A stretch of DNA of 64,000 bases from Moniliella sp. 'wahieum' (lineage: Eukaryota): NCBI GenBank assembly GCA_003971905.1, contig RSEE01000007.1, positions 868,001-932,000 on the forward strand. The letters are read 5' to 3'. The translations under genes were made by a program, and so were the position numbers. Below the pieces are notes generated by a model. It was not told the origin of the DNA. It was given only the letters and a program-made list of their open reading frames with translations, and searched no databases. Positions 49,851 to 59,105 of this stretch are shown piece by piece. Positions within the stretch are counted from its first letter, which is position 1; the number at the start of each line of letters is the position of its first letter.

Positions 49851-50713
49851 TGTTGGCCTGGCTGCTTCGATCTGTCCAGGACACTACGTAGCCTTATTCG
49901 CTCACCATCGAGCGATAGTTGCCTACCGGTCACGGGCGAGCTGGCAATCCTGACGAAGCCTATGTGCGCCTGTCGCCTTATATTCCCCAGGTTGGTCATG
50001 GGGTCAGATTCAATCTGGAGACGATAGTCGCCCCGTGCCCTTTTAGCTTAGGTTGCCCGTACCACAACCGCCCTCCTTGTTTTCCCCTGTCCCCCGTTCT
50101 TTCTCTACGCTACACAGCCTTGCCACACTGGCAGCCACCACTGCTATATCCGAGAAGTCTTTCCTTGTCCCTATCCCCGCTCGGACCCACCAATCATTAA
50201 TTAGCGCTCAGCCCAAGCGCGTAACCACCGTGAGTCGACGTTAGGTTCTCCAATGGATTAGATCTTAGACCCCTTAACGTCCTTAACCCCCCCGGGCGGG
50301 CCCCCTGGCAGCGCCCGCGCGTACACTGCCTGGTGCAGAGAATGCTGGGCGCAGCCTATTCCCTGCAGCAACAGCGCCTCAATACTTCTTCCGTTAGGCC
50401 CCTGGCTAGCCAAATCCGGCCAGGGGCAAAAGACTTGCCTAGTGCATTGTATGGAGCCCCCCGCATGTGAGTGGCGCAATCTGCTCTACCCCCACACTGC
50501 AGCCCACACTTGACAAGAACCAGCCAGACCCCCTGGTCCTGCCTCTTTCCACATACACCCCACCACCATCCCTCGCCACCGTTCCACCAGAGTAAGTGCA
50601 ACAGCCCGTCCAGGCAAAATGCTCGTGCGAGCCCCTCTCGCGGACCCAGCAATATCGCCGGTCCAGCTCACACCCGCACCGTCAACAATAAGCTAGGTCG
50701 TCAGGCAGCCGAA

Positions 50714-52126
50714 ATGGACGAGGTGTACGTAGACGACCCACCCCCCCCCCCCCCACCAATCTGGCAGCGCCCCCCCCGCCTGCATCCTGACGGTCCCTGA
50801 GAGACAGCGGCATATCACGGTGAAAGCGCGCAGGCAAATGATCCAGAAAAGATGTCGATCAAGATTCCACAAGCGACGCACAAAGTCACGCCAGTGCCAC
50901 TGGGGTAAGAATTGTCGAATCCATTAGCATGTCGGCTAGACAGCACGTTTTGCTGATGGTGGTCAAGAGTCCACCGCTCTCGGCGCCTCCCCCACTAGAT
51001 CCACCATCAACAGTGTCTTATCCAACATCATCCAGAGGGGGCAACGCTCAGCACAAGCTATTTGAATGAAGGTGCGTTGAGCCAAACCTCTAAACCAACT
51101 ACTAACAAATAACACATCGTTCAGATCCCGGAGAGCATGCACCGCATCCGCGCAACAGGCAACGAAACGATCCAGAGGCGGGTAACGCTCAACAAAGGCT
51201 ATTTGAATGAGGTGCGTTAACCCAACCCTAAACATCTATTAACAAACAACACGTCGTCCAATTGCCACAGAGAGCATGCATCGTATCGATCGAGCAACGG
51301 AAGGCGCACAATTGCAGCCTTTCAGGCTAATTTCGTGCGTCAAAGTTTCCAGTCTACTTTCGCATCCCTCTCACCAAGAGTTCACTGTCGCCAAGGAGCG
51401 CATCCGAATCTGGTACGTACTGGCCCCCGCCTCATCACGCGTTGCTCTCTTCGCAATATGGCCACAATAACTTCATCCGTTCTCATCAAAAGCGCTTCTG
51501 TTGCTACGCACCGATCAACTTTGACTTCCGGAGGGAAATGGAACGTGTCTTACAAAATCACAATTTCTCTGACCCATCTGGCCTGGGTAACCTCCTCCTC
51601 GACCAGAGTCTGAAGAACAGCGACCGCTGCAGTGACATTTTCGGTGCCATCACTGTCTCTGGGTCCGATCATAAGTACGTCCTCACCCCGTTGTCGTCCA
51701 GCAGGTCATCTGACCTTTTTCACTCATCGCCCGCAAGCTATCTACTGGGCTGGACAAGTGCATGGGAGAATTTCGTGGGCATTGCGGACACGCGTCTTCC
51801 GCAAGGGAAGCCTGAAATTTGTACCGCCTGGCGTGCGATGCGTGTTGAACAACTCACCCACCACCGTCACATCGCAGTAACCCGGGTGCAAACCGAAGAG
51901 GAGGATGCACGGGACAACCAAGGCACTGCAGTCAATCTCTTTGACGCAGAGGGCACAGATGGCGAGGACGACGACCGCACAGACGACTCTGAGAATGAGG
52001 AGTGATTTGGCGCCTATACATTCCAGAGAGCTCTCAATGGCGAGCCCCCAAGGCCATATTTTGACCCATCGCAATGAAAAAAGTACCCTCGAAGACGATT
52101 GCACAGCATTCGGTGTGGTGCTATAG
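50714..52126 (+). CDS. Unknown intron-containing gene inside the CMC element, acidic C-terminal region
   Basis: ATG 50714 (MDEVYVDDPPPP); intron-like segments at about 50905, 51072-51124 and 51212-51270; 187-aa ORF 51442-52005 ending in an acidic tract. Confidence 0.5.
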
Positions 52127-52217
52127 AATGAGTAGTAGTATAAAATGTAATACCAATAGTAACCCAGGAAGAGCGAGCATAGGAGGATCAGATTCGTCAG
52201 ATACGTCGCCCAGGGGC

Positions 52218-52405
52218 ACGTCAACGACGTTTCTGACGTTCAAGGGCGTGACATCGAGGACGTATCTGACGTTCAAGGGGATGACGTCGAGGACGTATCT
52301 GACCTGTAGGGGGGTGACGTCGAGGACGTAATAGACCTTCAGGAGGGTGACGTCGAGGACGTATCTGACGTTCAAGGGGGTGACGTCGAGGACGTAATAG
52401 ACCTA
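52218..52405. repeat. Right subterminal 33-bp tandem array (6 copies) of the CMC element
   Basis: Palindromic core ACRTC-N3-GACGT at 52218, 52251, 52284, 52317, 52350 and 52383 (exact 33-bp period); another copy at 52482. Confidence 0.92.
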
Positions 52406-53988
52406 CTGACAGTGACAGGTTTGCACGTCGCCACAGCCAAAACACTCTTCTGACGTTTTTGAAGGTATTTTATATCTTGAAACATCTGTGACGTATTTTG
52501 CTGATCCGCTGTGCAGTGCTGGAATATGCCGTACGAGGGTGTGGCCGATGGCCCGAGGACAGAGAGGGGGCGAGGGGTGAGCTACCAGAAGTTGGGGTGA
52601 GGGTAAGGGTAGGGCCACCGGAGACGTCAATAGAAGGCTACCCTCGTCGATTCTGCCCACAAGCACAAAGCGCCCGGCATTCTTCTTCCGCCAAAGAAAG
52701 TTTTGTGGGCAAGACGGTGCGATGGGCCCTTGCATGCATGTCCCTGCGACCTCCTCTCTGTCCTCTCCGCGGACGCCCAATCAATACGCAGCACCGCCCT
52801 CCCGTTCATCTACCCCCCTTATTGCTAGAAAGCTATGGCGGGCGTATCCCTTCCCACACCTGGCTGACTGGCGAGCCAGTCGCAGTGGGATGTAGGTTAT
52901 AGGGACAGAAGTTGGTATAAAAGAAGGATGCACTGCTACTATTACTATGCTGTGAGGCAGAGGAGCCCGGAAGGAGCAGAGCGGATATAGACCACTGCGT
53001 CCACAGTGCAGTGTTTGTCGGGCACATATACGTGATGGCGCTGACATGAGACAGAAGGCTTTTGGTCACGTTGGATTCAGACGGGTCGCCGGATTGCAGA
53101 ACGATGAGCGGGGGAGGCAGGGGGAGGCAGCAAGTGGCAACACGATGCCAAAAAGTGGTATTACTGTTGGGAGCGGTGGACTAAGAATTGAGTTGCACAG
53201 CGCCGGCATTCTTCTGGCTGCCGCCACAGCATCTCTGCCCCGCCGCAAGCGGCCCCGCGGGGCGGTGCAAAACACGGTATGGCGAGGGCGTCCGAGTGCA
53301 GGAGGCACCGACGCCCAGCCTCCACCGTCCAAACAGCGGCAAGCGCCGGGCGTCGGTACCATGTAACGTGCTGGACCCCGCGTCCGTGCACGCCACAGCC
53401 TGCCACAGCACAGACCACCACTCCCCTCGCTGCCCCCACGCCCCCGCGCCCCCACTTCCCCGTGGGGTTCAGCAAAAGGCGGAAGTCATCGCTCTCATCA
53501 GCACTTCAGCACTCAGCCGGAGCCCCGCGAGCGTCAGCGCCATTCAGCAGCAGGCAGCAGGCAGGCAAGCAGGCAAGCCCCGTGCTCCACCCCCCCACTA
53601 CACAGCAGAGCTCACGCGTGAGCGCACGCCCCAGGCGGTCCAACGTGCAAGCGTCCCCAGCCGCCGCCGCCGCCTCCGCCTCAGCGCGGAGGTTGCCCTG
53701 GGCGGCCCAAACGGCGAGCAGGCGATGCATGATGCGGGCAAGCGCCCAAGTGCTGCGCTGCCACGCGCAAGTCCCAAGCAAGTAGCAGGTGCGCTGCGTC
53801 GCCCCTGGCCGCGGCTGCCCCCCCCCGTCCGACGCAGGGGCTGCGTGGCTGTACCGCCCCCCGCCGTGCAGACTGCCCGCGTGCCGCCTCACCAAGCGCG
53901 GATATATAGGCCTCGCCACCCTCGGCCTCGCCCGCTGCTCCGCCCCTTCTTTCCCACCGCATCCCTTCGTGTTGCTTCTCATCTCACC

Positions 53989-54504
53989 ATGGCATCTTCA
54001 CTCCACTGGAAGCTTGTTATCGGCTCAGACGAGGCTGGGGTCGACTACAAGGCCATCCTCAAGCGGGACCTCGAGGCCGACCCGCGTGTGGTGTCGGTGG
54101 AGGATGTGGGGGTGAATGCCAGCACGGACAAGACGGCGTACCCTCACGTGGCTGTTGCTGCCGCCAAGAAGGTGGCCAGCGGAGAGGCGGATCGGGCTCT
54201 GCTCATCTGTGGCACTGGGCTCGGCGTTGCTATCTCTGCCAACAAGGTCCATGGCGTCCGCGCGGTGACGGCCCATGACTCGTTCAGTGTGGAACGGGCG
54301 GTGCTTTCGAACGATGCGCAGGTGCTTTGCATGGGCCAACGGGTTATTGGCATTGAGCTCGCCCGGCGCCTCGTCAAGGAGTGGCTGGGATACAAGTTTG
54401 ACCCCTCCTCTTCTTCGGGGCCCAAGGTGGAGGCCATCAAGTCATACGACTGTTGTACGTTAACTCCCCTCGCCCCTCTGTATGCCAAAAGGTATCGCAT
54501 ATGA
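53989..54504 (+). CDS. rpiB: RpiB/LacAB family sugar-phosphate isomerase
   Basis: [47 protein letters not shown]. 3' end uncertain because of a possible intron from 54455. Confidence 0.92.
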   Translation: MASSLHWKLVIGSDEAGVDYKAILKRDLEADPRVVSVEDVGVNASTDKTAYPHVAVAAAKKVASGEADRALLICGTGLGVAISANKVHGVRAVTAHDSFSVERAVLSNDAQVLCMGQRVIGIELARRLVKEWLGYKFDPSSSSGPKVEAIKSYDCCTLTPLAPLYAKRYRI

Positions 54505-55439
54505 AGAGCCTCGGAATGCTAACTGCCTGCTCGGGGGTGAATTTGACAGAATCAAAGGCTGGCGTGGAGGAAAGACGAATGAATGGTCTTGGCCGCATGT
54601 CCTGTTGATGCGGTTGTGTAGAGCAGGTGACTCTTCGAGACGTGCACTATCTACGGGAGAAAGGACTAGCCAGTTCGCCACAGCGAGCGAGAAAGAAGTT
54701 ACCAAAGGGGTGCAAAGAGCGAAGCGAGCCAGGAGTGGAAAGACGGAGCCTTACCTCTGTAAAGAAAAGAGAAGAAAGAGAAAAGGGTGCGCATCGCCCC
54801 GCATGGCCTACGAGTACCACGAGACAAGGATCATGATCAATGAGACAGGGTACCTGCTGTGAGAGGTCCTGGGTAACATTCAAGTCGTAGGAACAAATTC
54901 CAACCCTGTGTCTATAGCACGGCCACGGTTTCAACCATACACTTTGCTTTCGTGTAGTCCGACAGCCCAGTGCCTCGTGCTCATCGACAAGCACGCTCAG
55001 ATTGGTCTCGAACCCCGTGCCCTGTGCCGTTCCACACGCAGCATGTGCAGGTGTGGTGTCATATGTTCTCTCTTGAGCACATAATGACTTACACCCACAC
55101 CCAGTCTAAGTGTGGCGTATTACACGAGTCGGTGTGGGAGCCCATCCTGCAGCTCGTGCCCCACCTCCACAACGAGCCCAGGGGGGGGTGCACGAGCGAA
55201 CTGCAACGCCTTTATTAAAACGCCGGGAGATGGAGCTACTTTGACCGCTGGAACAAGGAGAATGCGACAAGATTGCCAAGTACCACGGGTGCACCCAAGA
55301 ACCCTTCTTTTCTCTGGTTATATGACGACAACGAGGATACTACGCCACCAAGACGGCGAGCAAGATGTTTTGGGGTGCAGGAAAGAATGAAGTGATGAGT
55401 CGAGATGGTAGACCAGACCACTGGAGGTTTACCACACTC

Positions 55440-56460
55440 TGTCATGGGGGAGGTCCCGAGGTGGGACCCCTCCTGTAGTTTAGGGGTATAAACCCTTGGA
55501 CAGATCAATCGGTGGCTCGTACGTTAGGTCCTGCTCCAGATCCTGGTTGAACCGAGCGGGTGTAGAGGCTAGGGAGAGACCCTCTAGTTTGGGTGGCTGC
55601 TTGCGTGCAAAGGCCGCAGTCCAGACCCTCCGAGGTAGGAGCCGTGTACGTAGGTCGTTAGACCAGCTGAAGGGGTCCAGGAGCTCCGGAATTACTCTGC
55701 TCCTCGCAGCGTTACCACACTTGGTACGCTGTAGCTGGCGGGAACAGACAGAGTCCTAAAGAAGAGCAAGCGCTACTGATGTGAGTAACCGCGGCTTGCA
55801 GTGTGTCAGCGCCATCATGCATGCAGCTGATCACGCATCACGCATCGCGCTGTTCTATCCGACTCTCCCCTATGTTCTGCCCCTAATGGGCTCCTCTCTT
55901 GGAATAGATCCATCACCTCCCTCTCTCTTCTTCTCCGTAGGCCTTTGTCCTCGTTTTAACACAGTGCACTCAACGTAAGTCGTAAATTCGTAAGCGTAAG
56001 GGTGATAGAAGGTGGAAGGGCGAGAGAGGAACTGGTAGTCGGGGAGACCAACGGTAATAGACAGGATGGTCGACAAGGACCACAGCTAGCAAGCCTTAGA
56101 CATGGCTGCTTATATACAGCAGAAGGAACCAGACCTCAAGTGCCTCATGACAGGTATAGACAGAATGCGGGGCACTTCCCAGAAAGGTAAAGACTCATGC
56201 ACAGCCCTTGCTTCCCAAGGCGCTGACGCTGCGCAGTCGGGCGCAGCAGGAAGGGTTCTGACAAGACTGGACGCAATAGGCACAAAGCATCGTACCGATA
56301 AGCCCATGCGGCCATGGCGGGCCGCGGACGATATCCGCAGCAAGGATAAGGTGTCGACTGGCTCTCTCTCGCTAGTCTAACCGAACTGACGCATGTTGGG
56401 CTGAGATGTCTACGACATGCGGGGCTCAGCGTCCGGAGATAACCGGAGCGCCCCGTAACA
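55440..56460 (-). mobile_element. Large solo LTR (about 860 bp excluding the nested insertion), family Y
   Basis: Termini TGTCATGGGG...CCCCGTAACA (8/10 inverted); perfect TSD CACTC (55435-55439, 56461-56465); minus-strand TATATAAGCAGC at 56105-56116 followed by a pyrimidine-rich tract. Confidence 0.85.
55804..55961. mobile_element. Short solo LTR (158 bp), family X copy 2, nested in LTR Y
   Basis: TGTCAG...TTAACA termini; perfect TSD CAGTG (55799-55803, 55962-55966); homologous to 28302-28462. Confidence 0.92.
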
Positions 56461-56639
56461 CACTCCATCGTATCCACCTTTGCTGCAGCTGGTTTGGAAG
56501 CGAAGGGCGGGCCCAAGATGGTCCTAACCTGCTGGCAACTTAGCTGGCGGAGCGCAACTAATCAGTCTGAGTGCGCTATAGCGGCAAGGAGGAAAAGCAG
56601 GGTGGCGAGGCTAGTTGTGTTGCCTGTCCGCCAGCACAA

Positions 56640-56736
56640 GGCAATGTGCCCGAGCGGTTAAGGGGATTGATTCGAACGCGAGTTTGCAATTATCAATTAG
56701 GCTTCGCCTGCACAGGTTCGAGTCCTGTCATTGTCG
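56640..56736 (+). tRNA. tRNA-Ser(CGA): tRNA-Ser (anticodon CGA) with 15-nt intron
   Basis: Acceptor GGCAATG/CATTGTC plus discriminator G; anticodon stem ATTGA/TCAAT; CGA at 56673-75; intron 56677-56691; long variable arm AGGCTTCGCCT; GGTTCGAGTCC T-arm; downstream poly-T Pol III terminator. Confidence 0.95.
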
Positions 56737-57043
56737 GTTTTTTTTGCACAGTACTGGTGAGCGTCGTGCGGTATCTCGAGTTGCGTGATCCCGACGGGGA
56801 GGCAGAGGTCAGATCTGTCTGTGATCGTACACGGCTACCGTCGACGATACTGGTGCGCCGTGGGAGGATCATCGATCGTCATCAAGCATCACACATCAAG
56901 CGCCCAACCTTCGTGCAGGCTGAGATCAGCGCCAGCCTTGACCTCAAGCCGCTGGTTCAAGATAAGGCACCACACCTGTACCTCCCCTCCTGATGGTGCT
57001 TCAGCTGGGTTTTCTCCAACCCACCACCAGCCCGCCTATTTGC

Positions 57044-58405
57044 ATGCCTGCCAGGCTGCCATCCTTCGCCGCAAACCGCTCATGCTCCTCTTACCACCCC
57101 TACCGCAAGCGCCGGCCTGTCGCACAGTGCTTCCAGCCCCGCCTCCCTCCTCCCCGCTGCGCCCTCGTCCATCACCGCTCGCTTCCAGCTCCCGCAGGTG
57201 CCGCGGCCGGCATCGGCCGCGTTTGCCTCTAAGCAACGCATGGCTGCCCGAGTTGCGCGAGACTTCCGTTCCGACACACTAACGGTGCCCAGTGACGAAT
57301 CCATTGCTGCCATGGCGGATGCGTCGCGTGGAGACGATGTGTATCAGGAAGATGCGACTACAAGTGAGTTTGAGGCCCAACTGGCTGCCTTGGTTGGTAA
57401 GGAGGCTGCCCTTTTCTGTACCAGTGGCACAGTCAGTAACCAGCTGGCCGTTCGCACCCACCTCACCCAGCCCCCCTTCAGTATCCTCTGTGACATGCGT
57501 GCCCACGTCTTTGTCCATGAAGCGGGCGGGGCCGCCATGCTTACTGGTGCTCACACCATCCCTGTACTGGCCGAGACGAATGGCCACCACCTGGCATGGG
57601 AAGACCTAGAATCGAAAGTTGTTGCCGACGACGGTGATGTGCATGCCGCCCCTACACAGCTCGTGTGTCTCGAAAATACCCTCAACGGCACCATTTTCCC
57701 CCAGGAGGAGATCGTGCGGATTGGGAAGGAAGTGCACAAGCGGGGTATCAAGCTCCACCTGGACGGTGCCCGACTATGGAATGTGGCAGCAGAGACGAAC
57801 ACGCCGCTGGCTGAGCTTTGTGAGCCCTTCGACTCGGTCAACCTTTGTCTGTCCAAGGGTCTGGGCGCTCCCATTGGCTCGGTCCTCGCGGGCAGCAAGG
57901 CGTTCATTGCCAAGGCACGCCATTTCCGCAAAGCCTTTGGCGGCGGGCTTCGCCAGACTGGCCCTACTGCCGCAGCTGCCCGCGTGGCACTCGAGACGGG
58001 TTTCCCCAAGTTGAAAGCGACCCATGAGCTGGCACGATGGGCTCAATCCCAGCTTGAACAACTGGGGGTGCACATCGCCATTCCAGCCGAAACGAATATG
58101 GTGCGTGTCCTCGACCGATCGCCAGCTTGGACTGACTTTTGCTGTAAAAGCTCTTTCTTGACACCCTAAGCATCGGTGTTGGCCCCGGCGAGGTGATGGA
58201 GCGAGCTGCCGGGCTGCCTGAGCCGCTGCTTACCTATGGCCAGCGCTTCGTCTTCCACATCAATACGTCTCCCGAGGCTGTCCAGGATTTGGTTGGGCTG
58301 ATTGCACAGCTCAAACAGGAAAAGCTGGATCAGGGCTTTGATCCGGACAGGGGTTGGAGCACGCAGCGCAGTGGGGGGATCTATGGCCAACGGAAGCGTA
58401 AATAA
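57044..58405 (+). CDS. GLY1: Low-specificity L-threonine aldolase
   Basis: DFRSDTLT; GDDVY; SGTVSNQLA; HEAGG; LENT; HLDGARLWN; PLP lysine in CLSKGLGAPIGS; FGGGLRQ. Intron about 58101-58150; start uncertain (57044-57240). Confidence 0.95.
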
Positions 58406-58790
58406 ATGGGACGCCGAGAGCGCGAGGAGCGACCGACGGTAAACACGACATGGCCTTTCTATATCCTAACACTTTGGCAATGAGCACAACACTGGCTCGG
58501 TTCACCAAGCCAGCAAGGATGATCTAGTTATGTGCCCCGGGCCCAGGTGGGGTATTATGCCGCACCATTCTCTTCAATCATGGACGTTGAACACCCTCTC
58601 TACATGAGCAAAACGATGTGAGCAGAGAGTGATGTTGGCACCCATCTGCGGTTGCCTCGGTTAGGATTTGAATCGGAGGGTGGCAGTAGAACATTGGCGC
58701 GAGTAGCGCCACAACCGTCTCCAAAGCCGCAAGTGGTCCGGCTCAGCGCGCCTACCCGACCCGCCTCGGCCGTTTCGCAAGGCGAGTCGG

Positions 58791-58960
58791 TTGGATTGGG
58801 TCCGGCGCTACACTCAACCGGCTCTGATCGAACCAGCTGTGCCCGACTTTAGCATGCCCTACAACGTCTTCATTATGGTCTCCACCATCATGGCGCTCTT
58901 TTTGGATCGGTATTCAACAACTTGTTTCGCTCATATGTGGATGTGGTTGTACCGAGGTAA
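58791..58960 (+). pseudogene. GPI16: Orphan C-terminal fragment of GPI transamidase subunit Gpi16/PIG-T
   Basis: RRYTQPALIEPAVPDFSMPYNVFIMVSTIMALF(F)GSVFNNLFR: the PDFSMPYNV motif plus TM helix of Gpi16. Only about 390 bp separate it from the GLY1 stop. Confidence 0.8.
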
Positions 58961-59105
58961 TTGGCACTTCGCTCCCACCGCGTTGACCGTTACATTTGTT
59001 TGGGAGATGTACCCATCAGCTACGTGCAAAGCGTAGCAGTAATTGTAGTGTACATGCATGGGAGGAAACAGAGAAGGGAAGGAGCAGCAAAAAAAGAGCC
59101 CCGGC

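Larger units (their letters stand above)
47473..52513. mobile_element. CMC (CACTA/EnSpm-like) DNA transposon, 5.04 kb, apparently non-autonomous, carrying two unknown genes
   Basis: Left TIR CACAGCGGATCAACGAAATA vs reverse complement of right end CACAGCGGATCAGCAAAATA (18/20). CACAG fits the CMCWR terminus. CA on both flanks (47471-72, 52514-15). Related subterminal repeats at both ends. Confidence 0.85.

Noticed and set aside
52218..52405. 33-bp array as a CRISPR array
   Set aside because: Units are contiguous with no unique spacers, there are no cas genes, and the context is eukaryotic.
52217..52420. 33-bp array as a coding acidic repeat with SUMO-interacting VIDL motifs (DVEDVSDVQGG / DVEDVIDLQEG)
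   Set aside because: That frame has an in-frame TAG in copy 3, and the same DNA palindrome occurs at the opposite end of the element, favouring a DNA-level function. Not fully excluded.
54550..55434. Decayed gene or transposon ORF between rpiB and LTR Y
   Set aside because: Some Cys-containing fragments but many stops and no recognisable motif.
28302..55961. The two family X LTRs as ends of one 27.7-kb retroelement or mobile island
   Set aside because: Each copy has its own distinct TSD (GAACC vs CAGTG), and the interval holds ordinary host genes with no gag/pol.
55440..56152. Shorter LTR ending at CATGACA (56152), a perfect inverse of TGTCATG
   Set aside because: Flanks CACTC and GGTAT do not match, whereas the end at 56460 gives a perfect CACTC TSD.
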